Positions 1-14,819 of a stretch of DNA of 64,000 nucleotides are shown here, piece by piece. Both the position numbers and the translations under genes were made by a program. The stretch is from contig CM007992.1 in the NCBI GenBank assembly GCA_002189035.1, positions 434,001 through 498,000 of the forward strand, given 5' to 3'. Positions within the stretch are counted from its first letter, which is position 1; each line of letters begins with the position of its first letter. The notes under the pieces are model-generated. The model ran no database searches. It saw nothing but the letters and a program-made list of their open reading frames with translations, and had not been told where the DNA came from. The stretch comes from Utricularia gibba. Taxonomy: Eukaryota > Plantae > Magnoliophyta.

Positions 1-916
1 AGGGGTTTGTTTGTTAAATGATGATTCTGCAGATCCGAGGCAGGAGGAGCCCAGCTTTGAAGGCGTCGGATCCCACGGCCCCACCTCCGGTAGACACCGC
101 CGCCAGGCCAAATCCGTATATGTCGCCGGAGAGGTGAACCGGGGGGTTATTTAGAAAAAAAAAACAAAATACATTTTAGAAATACAATTTCAAATTTATT
201 ATAAAAGTGCATATCCTTTGTTATTTTTTTTTAAAAAAATTATATCATTTATTAGAGTTTATATTTAAATAAATAATCGTATTTCTTGCATATTTTTTTT
301 ATATTTGTATGAATATATGCACAATATATAAACTTTTTGGGAAGAAAAATAACAATGAATGGAAGGGTTTGAACCAATTTAGCTGCTGTGTGTTCTCCGG
401 AAGCGCAAGTCGCTATTTCTTTTCCGAAGTGCAGTCCCTGAGTCGTCGCCGTAGCTCGATTTTCATGCCGCTACTGCGGCTGAAGATTACAACGCGATGG
501 GATGAACGGCTGGTGAATCGAGGCAAGGGCCTGTTCTCCAGTTTTATGGTAAAAGATAGCTCTTTTATATTTCCGGTTGGAGAAGGGATGGAACTGGGCT
601 TGCGCCTTTCTATTTCTAAAATCATCCCAGTTTTTCAAGATCTTGTTATTCTTTTTTTGATAGTTAATCCGTTCGGATACTTCTTGGTTAAATTTGATGA
701 GGATGCTGTGATTGCTATTCCGAAGTTGTTAGAAATTCCAGTGCCAGCAGAACATAATGCGATGATTCCTTTTTTAGCGTGCCTTTTGCTTGTATGGCGT
801 CTGAAGCTGCTTTAACACTATGGCTTATCTAGGTTCTGATTGGAAAATATGCTTTTGGGGCAAAGGAGTATTGATTAATATGAACATTGAGGAGTTGTGT
901 AGCGCAGTTTGGCGAC

Positions 917-2710
917 ATGAGAGGTGTGAATCCAGAATCGAGCCATCCAGTGCTGAATCTCTTAGAGAAGTGCAAAGGCATTTATATCTTACAACAAGCT
1001 CATGCTCAAATGATCACAACCGGCCTCATCAGTCACACATACCCGGTCAGCCGCATTCTCGTTGTGTCTTCTGCTCTTGCAACTGTGTCCTACACATTGG
1101 AGGTCTTCCGCCAATTTCCAAGTCCATCTATTTTCCTTTACAACATCCTCATTTCATCCTTGGTTCAGAAAGGCCACCACCAAGTTGCTTTATCCCTTTA
1201 TGGTGAAGTTCTTAGTGAACCTGAACTCAGGCCTAATGACCATACATACCCGTCTCTGTTCAAGGCTTTAGGAGCACAACAGATGTTTAGACATGGTGTA
1301 GCCCTGCATGCTCATGTCATAAAGTTTCTCTCATTTCCTTATGACAATTTTGTTCAAGCCTCAATGCTGAATTTTTATTCCAGGTGTGGAAAAGTTGGCA
1401 CTGCAAGATGGATTTTCGATCAAATTAAGTGTCCAGATTTGGCCTCTTGGAACTCAATGTTATCTGCTTATGCTCATGTTTGTGATGAATACTCGGTAGC
1501 ATGCTCAGGTTTAGATGGAAGCATTAACTCATCCATGGAGGTCTTAAGGTTATTCAGCCTAATGCAGAAGGCATCTGTGGATCCTAATGAAATCTCCCTA
1601 GTGGCCTTAATCACTGCATGCGCCAACTTGGGGGTCCTCAGCCAAGGTATGTGGGCTCATGCATATGGCATCAGAAGCAACATCAACCTTAACCATTTCA
1701 TTCAGACAGCGCTGATAACCATGTATTCAAACTCTGGCTGCCTTGGATTTGCTAGGCAGGTGTTTCAGCAGCTGCCCTTCAAGGACACTTTCTGCTTCAA
1801 TGCTATGATCAGGGGACTGGCGATGCATGGTCACTTCCCTGAGGCTCTCGACTTGTTCCAGACAATGAAGGTTGAGGGTTTTGTTCCGGATGATTTAACA
1901 ATACTAGCCGTGTTGTCTGTGTGCTCGCATGCCGGACTGGTGGATCAAGGACGGGAGATCTTTTGTTCTATGACTAGTTCTTATGGGTTAGTACCTAACT
2001 TAGGACACTACTGCTGTCTAGTGGATCTTCTTGGCCGATCCGGGCGCATAGAGGAAGCACAGGGTATCATACTCACCATGTCAATGAAGCCTAATTCAAC
2101 TCTTTGGAGATGCCTACTTGGAGCCGCTAGAGTTCATGGAAATCTTGAGGTAGGAGAGGCTGCTTTGACGAAGTTGCTGGAGCTAGAGCCAGCGTCCAGT
2201 GGGAATTACATCCTTTTGGCAAACATGTACGCACATCTTAACAGATGGGATGATGTAAACAGAGTGAGGAAGCAGATGAAAGACCATGGAATCAACAAGA
2301 TGCCCGGAGTCAGCTTTGTCGAAGTCAATGGGGCAATGCACGAGTTCCTCATTGGTGACAGGAGCCACCCTCGTGAAAGAGATATATACTTGAAGATCAG
2401 TGAGATGAATGCCAAGCTGCAAGAGTATGGGCACCGGTCACGAGCTATGGATGTGCTGTTCGACATCGAAGAAGAGGAGAAGGAAGACTCACTTTTGTAC
2501 CACAGCGAGAGGCTTGCTCTAGCATTTGCACTAATCGCCTCAGAGCCCCACACTACCATTAGAATCATAAAGAATCTTCGTGTTTGCGTCGACTGCCATT
2601 CAAGCACAAAGCTTCTGTCGCTCATATATGGAAGGGAGATCATTGTACGAGACCGAGTAAGGTTCCATTGTTTCAAAAATGGTTCTTGTTCATGCTCTGA
2701 CTACTGGTAG
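917..2710 (+). CDS. PLS-class pentatricopeptide repeat protein with E/E+/DYW domain (organellar C-to-U editing factor; At5g43790-like)
   Basis: Single-exon ORF with first ATG at 917 (the ORF track starts at TTG 887). It has PPR repeats (WNSMLSAY, FNAMIRGLAMHG), a PG box (MPGVSFVEV), HSE and CVDC zinc ligands, and ends in DYW. Confidence 0.93.
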   Translation: MRGVNPESSHPVLNLLEKCKGIYILQQAHAQMITTGLISHTYPVSRILVVSSALATVSYTLEVFRQFPSPSIFLYNILISSLVQKGHHQVALSLYGEVLSEPELRPNDHTYPSLFKALGAQQMFRHGVALHAHVIKFLSFPYDNFVQASMLNFYSRCGKVGTARWIFDQIKCPDLASWNSMLSAYAHVCDEYSVACSGLDGSINSSMEVLRLFSLMQKASVDPNEISLVALITACANLGVLSQGMWAHAYGIRSNINLNHFIQTALITMYSNSGCLGFARQVFQQLPFKDTFCFNAMIRGLAMHGHFPEALDLFQTMKVEGFVPDDLTILAVLSVCSHAGLVDQGREIFCSMTSSYGLVPNLGHYCCLVDLLGRSGRIEEAQGIILTMSMKPNSTLWRCLLGAARVHGNLEVGEAALTKLLELEPASSGNYILLANMYAHLNRWDDVNRVRKQMKDHGINKMPGVSFVEVNGAMHEFLIGDRSHPRERDIYLKISEMNAKLQEYGHRSRAMDVLFDIEEEEKEDSLLYHSERLALAFALIASEPHTTIRIIKNLRVCVDCHSSTKLLSLIYGREIIVRDRVRFHCFKNGSCSCSDYW

Positions 2711-2911
2711 GCAATGAGCCATCGCCCAGTACACTCCTTACATATGTTATCAAATTCTGCTTGACAGCAACTAAGAGTACAGATCAAGTTTATGTCTCAA
2801 AATGAAAGATATTAAGCAGATTGGTTTCAGTTATCTGATCGATCACTTGATCCATCACCAAAGGATAAGCAATTCATTTATCTTGAAACACTAGAAACAA
2901 TGTATCATCAA

Positions 2912-3947
<1,036 letters not shown>

Positions 3948-4715
3948 TCACCGTCGATGATCAGAAACAAACAACTTATCTACATGAACAAACGTCCAAT
4001 ACCAGAAAAAAATCGCGAAATCGCAAGCAAGAAAAACAAAAAATCAGATTCAAAAAAACCCAACCCTAGAGAAGAGATTCCGATCTGATGGCAGAGAGGA
4101 GAATCGCGGTTCTTGGCCCGTTGAATTGTCTTGTGCTTGTGACCAAAAGCAAGGAGCAGCATCAAGTTTTGTAGCCTGGGGGGCGACGACGCGGTCTCCA
4201 CTCCTGAATAATTTAGTTCGTGCTTGCTTTACGCCGGTTCGACCGTACGGTTTAATCCGTGAACCGAACCGGCAAACCGCTTTTGAGTCGGCCCGGAGTC
4301 GAACCACCCAAAACAGTTGTTTTTACGTACACTTCACAACACGGATGGTTTGTGGTTGCATTCTTTGGATTCATTGGATGCAAACTTAAGTACTTGTAAA
4401 TGAATTAAAAATTTGATCATATATCAGATATTGTGTGAAAAAAATAATCATCTTATTTATATTTTTTTATTTAAATATGTAAAATATAATCTGACAGTAA
4501 CTAATTTTCTAAATGACTTTGATATTCTGAGACATTGCCGGAGTAGTGACACCGGCGGCGTCCTGTGCACTTCTAAAGTTCGAGAAAAGGTTGAGGGCTT
4601 TTCCTGATAGTACTCGCCATCCAGCGAGTGTTTCTAAGGAATGTGGCGAAACTCTTAGTCTTATTAGATGAGTTGATACTGTTCTCGCAAATGATGATGG
4701 ATTGGAATGCTTATC

Positions 4716-6712
4716 TCATCTTGGATTGCTTCTTCTCCTATGAACTCTTTGCCCAGCTCCGATAACCAGAGCTTTTCCGAGTAGTCCAGTGTGAAGTCCG
4801 CAGACAACTGCAACGGCTCCACCGAGGACCAGCCATTTCCAGTTGATCCCATCTTGAACTCTGCGAGGGGTCTCAGGGTTGCTGCTTGGTGTTGGATCCG
4901 CATCTTGGGCCACTTCAGGGAATCTCATAGTGTTTCTGGCCATCACGGCACACCGGCTGAATGTCGACGAATCTAGACTCCGGGCGTTTTGGTATGCTCG
5001 GAAGCCTGTGTGTAGCTTCTTCACTGTTCCCCACATGACATGGCGAACTCCTAGTTTGGCAATGTCCCTTGGTATTCCCATGTCTTCGTAGTGGACAAGT
5101 GTGACCTCACAGGCGGAGTGCTGGCCGTCTCCTTCGTGAGATTCCACTGCATAATTTGCGGCATAGCCGGACAAGAAAGAGATATCAAGGGGTGAATTCA
5201 CTTTGCTTGGAGTGGGGAGGATTTGCACTGTACCTGGTTTGATCACCCAGCTGGAAAAGTAGCAATCAACACGCCTTGGTTTGTCACGTTTCTGCAATGT
5301 TGGGTATTCTATTCCCTGCGTTAAAAGGGCTGAGAGGATGAAAAGCAGGGAGAAATGCACCAGAGAACCATGGAACAACAGGCATCAGTGTTTGTTGAGA
5401 TTCAGATACCTTGGTTATGCAATAAGAGACGTTCCCTGCTTCCCATATTCTTTTAGCGATGATGTATTCTCGGTCACTGCAGAAGAAAGGGAACTACACA
5501 AGCAGAAAACACCATCAGTGACTATGAAAATAAAACCAGAAGTTCAGAGATTCTTCTTGATGAACCTTCTTAATCCAATGAGAAATCATCATCCCAGTAT
5601 CATGGCATTCTTCAACGATTTTTACATATGCAAGCATGGGATCCCATTTGGGCCGAAACTCATCATCCCAGAAAAAATCTTTCAGCAGCTCGGGAGTTGC
5701 ATCCTCAAAAACAGTTCGACTTTGGTATATTATTGGACCCGTCTGGGAAAAAAGGAGTGGCAAGTTAATATCAAGGCAATTTGCCTGAGTGAAACATATG
5801 GGAAGCTTTCTGGAATCACGAGGCATTGGATGGAAGGTGATAGTTTAAACAGAGTGATTCCAACCTGCGGTTCGTAACTCCAAGCTTTGTATGTTAAATT
5901 AGACGTGGAGCGCTCCATCATGCTTTGCCATGCTATTACACCATCTTTACTGCTGAGGAGATATAACAGATGTTCCAGATCTCTTTCTGTAACCTTGTTT
6001 GATTCTCTATTCGAAACTCGAATGATATCTCTGCAGAAAGAAGATGATGACATACTCAGTCTCACCAAACTGGAAACAAGAGTAGGAATTCCATCCATGA
6101 AGCCATTAGAGAGCATCATCGACTGTTAAAAGGAGAGTGTATCAATGCATTCGGAATTACTGACATCTAAATTGGGGAAAATGCTACCATATGTCAACAG
6201 TTGCAGATTCGAGTACCACAAAACCTTACCATCTAAAGGTTGCAACCCAATTGGATTGAAAAATCCAACGAAATGATGAAAAACACCCAAGCGAGGACTT
6301 CTTACCCAGCAACATCATGAGAAATATCTTCATCAGCGTCTGATAGGCTGGACGCAACTGAATGCCGATCCACAGATTCTGCTGGAGAATCCAGTTTGCT
6401 ACTTTGACCCCGAAAACGAGACCACAGTCTCCGGCCGACAGAAAAGGCGGAAAGGGCCGTGACCGCCAGCCAGAACCGCCGCGCTCCAAACCCCGGAGGA
6501 GCAGTCCAAAAGAATCGGAACTTTGACCGGAACCCAAGAAAGATCAGGCCGGTCCACCTGGGCCTCCAAGACCATCCGATGAACAAACCTATCATAACCG
6601 CCACCCAGATGGGCACCACGCAGACCAATGCATCAAGCAACGCTTCCGTCAAAGACGGCTTGTTCAAGAACTCCATCGCGTAGTTATTCAATTCGATCCA
6701 CACCCATTCCAT
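4716..6712 (-). CDS. START-domain lipid-transfer / membrane-related protein (At4g14500/At3g23080/CP5-like), multi-exon
   Basis: N-terminal IGWSWRPRWTGL...TAPPGFGARR, then TERDLEHLL, FFWDDEFRPKWD, HYEDMGIPRDIAKLGVRH, and a C-terminal WKWLVLGGAV. The start could be 6712 or 6676. Confidence 0.88.
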
Positions 6713-7768
6713 CCTCCTCAGATTTCAACAACCGCAAGAAGACGATATAGAGGACAATGATCAAGGCATTACTTCCCTCCCCGGTCTCCTCCTCCATGCC
6801 CAAACGCTGATCTCCGCGGCAGATGCGACGGCTAGAGAAAGAGGAAAGTGATACCGGACAAAACACATTTTTTGTAGATCTGGATAATATTACCATTTTC
6901 CAACCACACTATGCACATAAAACAAATTATTCTCATTATTATTGTTATTTTATTTACAGATATTTTCTCATATTATTGTTCTTAAATTTATACAATATTT
7001 TTATGATATAAATTATTTATAAAATATTTTTTTTTATCATTTACTTATAAAAACGTAAAAACAATAAATCTCCACATAGAAGGAAACATCATACATTCCT
7101 ATTGTATTAGTTTATTGATCATATGTTAATCTCATACTTATCATATTTAATCTTTACTAATCTCTTTTAACGATATACTTTATCTCTATTACTTTTACGA
7201 TCTTCGCCCCCGCATTCAAGATACCTTTTCTTGAATGATTCTAATAAGCATAGAACCCGGTTCATGGCAAAAGGGGACGTCCCAAGAATCATTCTCGAAG
7301 ACCCTTTTTCATGTTCTGAACAAAAAGGGAAAACTTTGGTTCCATGGAGGAGCAGCAGCCAGGTGAACTTTTTGCTCAAGTAAAAGAACGAAAAAGGAAG
7401 CATGGTGTGCAGAAGCCTGGTAGAATTTGATGGCCTGAAACAAACAAGCCTGTGGGCTGTGGGCAATGGTGGGGGATTGCATGTATCTGGGAGCAGGAAC
7501 TAGTGCCGGAATGATGGGGGGGAGCCACCGTGCATAAGAGCAAAGCCAGATTGATAATACAAACACTGGAGGCCTCACAAGCAACAGCCTTTTATGGAAA
7601 CCAAGAGACAAATAAAGATGAAGAAGAAACTGGCAAGGATTTGGCCACAAAAGGATTTTTCTAGGCATAAAAGAGTCGCTCAACAGATCTTGTTACATTG
7701 ATGATGATGATGATGAGTTCAGTCTCCATCTCAGATGGCTTGCGCTTGCTTGGGTGTCTGTGGAAGCT

Positions 7769-10700
7769 TCACAGACCATTTGAAGGTCTGTACACTGGGA
7801 AACCAGTGCTGCCCATGCTCATGTTCCGATACTCCATTAGGCGGTACAGATAGGTGTCATCCGAGCTTCTTGTATTCAGGAAAGGCCTCTCAGGGCCGGA
7901 GACCTGCCATTGGCTGGGGACCAAACCAAGTTGCCCATTGCTGTAGGGATGAAGGCTAGAATGGGGGATCATGTCTTGCAGTGCTGTTCCAGGGGAGGCT
8001 CCCACGAGGTAACTGTATTGGAAGCTTCCATCACTAGGACTAGGTATCCTTTCAACTCGGCATAAACCGGTGGATGGTCCAGCGCTGGAAGACAGGGAGG
8101 TGTCATCCGGGATGCCATAAATGTTGCTTGCAAAATGTGGCCTGCTGTGTGCATTTCTGAAGCATAGGTAATCAGAGCCCGGGATGAAGGTGTCAGCTAC
8201 TCCATTTTCATCATCAAGCAGATCATTGATTATGTCAAGGTGTGGGAACTCCTCCGGTGATACATGGGAATTCCGGCCTGGCATTCGGAACACTGGCAGG
8301 TTAACATCCTGTGATCTAGACTGCCGGGAAACTTCGCCGGGCAAGCTCCTTATAGCATCCCCTTGGCATGAATCTAATCGGATAGATCTACCCTGCTGCA
8401 TTGGATCATGATTCAGCATCCCAAATGGCAAAGCAGTTTTCAACTGACTCATGTCCATCCTATCTGAGCCAAACTGTGGAAACAATGAAGTTGATACAAG
8501 TGGCGCCGGTTGTGAATATGGAACTGAAGCATTTACCACCGAGCTGGAAGACTGATTAGGAGAATATGAACGTGAACTTCCAGTAGCAGGGCCACCCATC
8601 ATTGCATTTCTATAAGACAGTGGAGCATAAGCCTGAGATGCAGATGTGGAGGATTCAGGACCCAATCTACCAGCAATGCTTGCCGAGCGTGCTAATGCAG
8701 GAGCTGTAGGAACCATCGGAAGAGTAGAAACATTAACTCTGGAACTGGGAACTACAGGAGCACTGCAGGGTCTAGACACAATAGGCACCGGTGGCACTGA
8801 AAGCTTATCCGCTGTCACTGATGCTGAATCCGTTAGTGCCTTTTCACTTCTCAAGTACACTGCATCCCTGGAGGTCTTTTCAGTAGATTTTGGAGTAGCA
8901 CACTTCTGATTGTTCGCCTTGGATGTAACAACACTCTCCACTGACTTTGCTGAACTTGTGGGTATACTCGATTTTTTCGGGCTATCAGACGAGGATTTCT
9001 TTCTGACAACTGGAATACTTGAAATATCAACCTTCACCAACTTTTGAGTGGGTGGAGATGAAACTTCTTTGGATGAGCGCGCAAGACCTGCCGATGTGAC
9101 CTCAGATGCTTCTGCATTTGCATTTCTTTGCACAAAACTAGCTTCTTCTTCCTAAGGAAAAGACAGAAAGATTAGCTATTCGCTCCTGGTATCAAACAAA
9201 CAAAATGCCGATGTGCAAAGACTGTTATAATAGCAACACAGCAACCCAAATTTAATAGAGTATCAACATAACCGCATACAACAGCACCGAATTTTGTAAA
9301 AAAGAGAGGTACCTTCACAACGGGGTGCTCAGAACCATTTACCACCACGTCGTTAGAAACATCAGCAAATGCTGTAGGAGCAACGTCATCACTCTTTGAA
9401 GTTCCATTTACATGTTTAGGCTGCCCTGAAACATCCCCAGCTTCAGATGGATGGCTATTTTCTTCACCAACTAAGTCTGGCGAATCAATGAACTGCTTGA
9501 CTTGGTGGCTTCTCCCTCTGAAAGTTGTAGTACTAGCTATTATATGTGCATGAGGAATAAAAAAAATAATAATCTGCCAAGAGTGGGGGCAAGAGACTAC
9601 CTCCTTCTTGAAGGCCTTTTGCTTTTGTTGTGCTGTGCTTTATTTTTCTGAGGCATGGATGGAACCAAATCAGAAGACGAAGTGGATGAGCTATCATCAG
9701 CAATAGAGCTTTTTCCTTCAGTTGCATTTTTCACTACTGAAAGCCCACTAACCCTACTACTGCTGGCTTCTGTTGGAGGGTGTGCTTCAGAAGTATCAGT
9801 GTCCCAATTGATTGGGCTCACATCACGGTCTTCAGAATCTGGAGGAATTCTTTCACGAGCACAGTCAACAGAGTCAGACACATCAGAAGCATCTGCAGGA
9901 GGGGCAGACTTTTCAAGTTCCACGGCTTCATTAGAGTCAACAACATCTTCACTCTTAACACTGAACCTATCTTGTTCCATCTCCACTTGTACAATACAGC
10001 TAGGCTTTTCATCCCTGTTCTTATCTTTCCCTTGCGACTACGTTTCTGCTTAGCCTGGAGAATGCACACAGAAGATACAGCCAATTATTGCATGTAAAGA
10101 TCACTCGGATCCAAAAAAGCACCTAAGAACAGTATCAACTAGAAAATAGTTATAGCAAAATCAGCTTGATTCTGAGATGGGAAAGAGCAGCCCTAGTCTT
10201 GAGGTTAAACTAGAGTTAGTACATGCAGACCATAGTCCATCTGCCAAAATAAGTACCAAACTGAACACACAAGATTTTAAGTAGCAGTGTGGTATGGCAC
10301 TTGCAAACCTGCTTCTTTTTAGACTTCTTTTCTTTATCTGCCGCACCACGCCTTGATCTATGCTCAGTTCCAGCAAGCCAAGCTGCCTCCTCTTCACGTA
10401 TTAGCTCTTCTTGCTTCTTTAGAGCAACAGCCTCCTGATATGCAACTTCAATTTTGCTTCAAAGACGGCAGAAGAAAATATGAGAAATTTAGAGCAATGC
10501 AGATGAAAGGATACCTAACTCGAATGACTGCACTAAATTAAGAGCAAGCTAAAAAACCAAAGAAAAGAAAGAGACAGAAACTGCGATGGAATATAATTTT
10601 CAACAACAATTTTTTTATCATCACCTTTGCAATAGAAACTGGATGATAGCCTAAAAAATAAAATACAAGAACCAACTCAAATCCCACATGATGCCATGAC

Positions 10701-13277
10701 AGAATAAACACCTACCTGAACATATGAGCCAAGATGAATATTTCGACAGTCCAGCGGCCCAACTCCGTAAGCCGCCTCTCATCTCGTTCAATACAATCCT
10801 TGTTGAATTCTCCTCCCGCCGTTCCATCCTAAGGAGAGATCAACCAATATAGGCTTAAGTCTAGAGATGATATAGCATCCAGCTAAGAACAATGAGATGA
10901 AACTTGCAATACACCATGAAAGCAGCAGTTTCATGATGATAGCTTACTTTAGAACGGTTTTGGGGGCCTGATTCATCCTTTGGTGGCAATGGTTCAGTTG
11001 CAGCCCTCTCAAGCAGTGGCAGCACATCATCATCAAGCACAAACATATCTTTCTCCATTCTTATAATAGGCGTGGATAAATCATCAGAGTCCAAATATTT
11101 GCTCTTGTCTTTCTTCCCTTTATATGGACCTTCAAGAGCCTTTAACCCACTGTATAATGAATCCATGACAAGTGTAGACGTGACTTCTTTTTCTATAAAA
11201 AAATGCTTCACAACTACTTTCAGTATGGACTCAGTTTTCTCTTGGGACATGTGGGATCTGGAACGAGGGTCCATACTCCGCCAGAATGCACAGAAGCTGA
11301 AAATAACAATTCAGCATCTAGTTTTAGATTTCCTCCAGACATGAAATGCAAGATCCTTTTGGGCATACTCTCACAGCACAAAAAGACGGATAATGACACA
11401 ATGGCTACAAAGAAACATGAGAAACCATTTTTTACCCATTACTAAGAAATGAAAATCAGCTTAAAATGTGCTCCAGTAGAATTACATGTTGACACTAACC
11501 ACTTGTTAATACCTGGACCATCTAACTTTATCTTCTATTAGCTTCCCCAGCTTGTTTCGCCTCTCTTCCACAAATCGCCTGCAAACTTGTTCCACATTCG
11601 TTAAATATACTCGTATTAATTCCCTCCGGTACTGACAGTCAAGGCACCGAAATGGCCGATCAGCTCTTTCCCTGCAAATGAACAGATAATTTCTGAACTA
11701 TGGGGATATACCAGGGCCTGATTGGCACGTCCACGATAATAAGACAAGGACAAGTAAACAAGATCATCATGGAAAATCTACTCCATCCGGATTTATTCAG
11801 CAAGTAAATGCTAAACAATAATAGAAGCTGAATGTTAGAAATACCTGATGACTTGAACTTGAGCCTTAATTATCAAAGTATCAGAATCAATAAATCCATC
11901 AAAAACTTTCGAGAGCTCCATGAATTTCTTCCATCCCCAATCATGCTCCTTTTTCCAAAAACGATGCAATGTATCTGTATGTTTTATAAAACATTCAAAG
12001 CTCTGTTTAAAAACATTAGGTGAAAATCCAAAATTGAAAAACTCGGTAGCACTAAAATTCCACCACCAACCGGAATACTTTGATTTTTTTGGATCTTTGT
12101 TCACCACAGCTATAGTAAATTGGGCAAAATGGCTCCATCCTGTTAAAATGACGATGTTTAGGTATATCATATACTTCATTTCCCTTCCCCTCACAAGCGG
12201 TTTTCTTGGGAAAACAGAAACAACTGTTGTAGTATTACGATAATCATACCTGGCAGAAGCTTATCATGATTGGCAACACAAAGAAACAAAGAAAGGTGGT
12301 TACAAACATCACAGCCTTGTGGGTAAATCAAAATATACCTGTAATTAGAAGCTTGACCTCCATCAGTGATCAATAAGAAAACATAAGGATGAATGAACTC
12401 TAATTTCTGGAATTTTATTCATAAAAAAACCCAGAAAGGCCTATAGGCTGGGCAAGTGGATAAAAAAACTATACATCTTGGCATATCAATAACGTGGAAC
12501 ATTTTAATGGAGAAACTGCTAAACCGCATACGGTTTCAAATAGTATATTTACATCAAGTATCACAGATTCGCAAATGGCTCAAAAACCCTACCAAGAGAT
12601 TATTATTCCTCACAATTCATCAAAAAAAAAAAACTTGTGGTACCACAGAAGCAATTAAATTAGTTAATCAAAACAAATAATCAGCATAAAATGGTGAGTT
12701 TCCTATGAAATGACCAGAATATATTTCCCAATATATAACAAAAGCATAGTTAATCAAATGAACAATAAACAACCAGAATGGAAATGAAGTTGCACAACTG
12801 GTGGTACGAGATCAATTGAAAAACATACCATTTGTAACCTCCAATCTCAAAAGGGTTACTCCGAAGCTCTCTTTTGTTAATTTGGGAAAACTTATCGATT
12901 TTCCAAGTGTACTTTCCATATAACTCAGCAGGTTTTGGCCCTGTGATGCAGCAATCGAAATCTGCATTAATTGCAATGACATTCCACGAACATTTGAAAG
13001 AAACGCAGTAGTGTTGTAATCGCTTTTGAGAGATTAGGAGTAAAATCCGGAAAAGATAAGGCTGCCACAATAATAAGCCACATAATAGCTCACCTCCATC
13101 ATCATCATTATCACTATCCCAATACGGGGGCGAAGTTGATGGAACACCATTCTCAAGTTGCTCTGAAGATCTCCATTCTGCCAATGACTCGCTAGATAGG
13201 CATTGCTGTTGCTGATCACTGATATCCCCTTCGGTGGAGCTGCCAGTACCCACTTCCTCAGTTGGAACTTCAGCCAT
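7769..13277 (-). CDS. TRAF1A: MATH/TRAF-domain protein TRAF1A/1B (MUSE13/14-like), multi-exon
   Basis: EWRSSEQLENGVPSTSPPYWD; MATH domain (YTWKIDKFSQINKRELRS, YILIYPQGCDVCNHLSLFL, HRFWKKEHDWGWKKF); KEVTSTLVMDSLYSGLKALEG; C-terminal EEFPHLDIINDLLDDE. Confidence 0.92.
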
Positions 13278-14819
13278 GTTCCCAGTCGCCACCTCTCACC
13301 ACGCTCCTCTTCTTCAGCTGCTTCATTGAAAAGAAAGAGGGCTTAATCAGTGATTCGCAAGACGACTAGAACCGCAATCAGCAGATCAGCATTTTCACAT
13401 CACTGGTGCACAGTGCAACAAAATCCATATATGTCAAAAACCTAATAATATCTTGATTACGTTTACATTCATCTAAAGATTCCACTAACATCTTTTCTAC
13501 AATCAGCATATTCTAAATTTTAAGAAATCTTGTGATTATAACAACAAGCAGAGCATCTCAAGAAAACCTATCTGTCGAGTAACCATAATCCGCCACCAGA
13601 AACCCCCACAGCACCAAATCCCCGGTTGACCCATTACAACAAAAACACAACACACAATGAATAAGCCCAAGATTTTCAAGCACCCATTAAGAAAGAATCA
13701 AGTCCACGGCTTTAAACCAAAAACCACAATCAAATCAAGAACTCAAATCGATAATCCTCTTATACCACTCCCGTCGCAAACCCCTAATCGTCCCAAAAGC
13801 ACACAAATTAAATATGGAGTTAACGTCAACAGCAATAGTAACCACCGCCAATAGAAAGAACAATACAAACTAATTCAGATCGAAAAAGAGACCTTCTTGA
13901 TTTAAAAACCTAAGCTTTAATTCAATGACCTGCAATCGGGCAGAGGGGTGAGGTTTGCGAAGGGATATACGAAGAAAACCGAGTGCAGCGGAAGTGCAGA
14001 GAGTTACAAGAAAGGAAAGTAACGGATTTTATTAGACTAGTTTCCTCGGATATCCGACCCGTGCGTGGAATGGAGCCCGACCCGTCTCCCTCGGAAAATC
14101 CTTCCTTTTTTTCCATGGAAGGTTTTGGGTGAATCAAGAACCCTACTTTTGATTTATTCCTTAATTGAGCAATTAAAAAAGCCTGGTTTTGGGCAAATTC
14201 AGTTCGGTCGGTGTGGACTCTATGAAGAGGAAGGCGGATTAAATGATGTTCGAGCATTAGCGATCCGAATTACAACAGTAATAAGGGCGGTTCTTGAAGC
14301 GTCAGCGGGCCAAAAGGGTGAGAGCCGAGAAGGTTAAGATTTTCATGCGGATCTCGAAGCGTCAGCATATTTCAACTTCTTTGCATTGGCTCTATTTATA
14401 GATTTTTATTGAAAAAAAAGTGAATGCTGTAGTTGCAAAAACCATTCCCATGTCTTGGTTCTTTTAACTGCTGCAAAATTTGAACTTGAAGGTGTGTGTT
14501 CATCAAGTGTTATGAAAGGCAAAAACTTTGATTAGTTCTTGAGAGATGCGTTCAGGAATACCTTGCATTGTAGATATCTTGCTGGTCGATGCATTTTGTT
14601 CTTGGTTATTTGGGCAGCAAAGGTTTGTAAAAACTCTAGAAATTACGAAGTCCGGGAATTATGCTTATGAGAAGTGTTTTTGCTGAACTGAAAATTGATG
14701 TGCTTTGGATATTCTTGTTCATTTGAAGTTCTGTTGCTTTGAAAGTGTCGGAAATTCCTTTCTTGATTCTTTTAGATTACTTCACACAGGAGTGTATATT
14801 CTACATCATCTGGAATTTT

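Noticed and set aside
309-815. 168-aa ORF upstream of the PPR gene
   Set aside because: It starts in AT-rich DNA, has no recognisable motif, and its composition fits the PPR 5' leader or intron.
7309-7683. 124-aa minus-strand ORF after the TRAF stop
   Set aside because: No domain similarity; most simply the TRAF 3' UTR region.
7756-7776. Near-perfect 21-bp palindrome GTCTGTGGAAGCTTCACAGAC over the TRAF stop codon
   Set aside because: It is too short for a miRNA precursor, and one such hairpin per 64 kb is unremarkable.
10461-10530. U12-type donor GTATCCTTT with a possible 13-nt stop-containing micro-exon in a TRAF intron
   Set aside because: There is no U12 branch point (TCCTTAAC) downstream, the flanking exons join directly, and a 9-mer match is roughly expected by chance on two strands.
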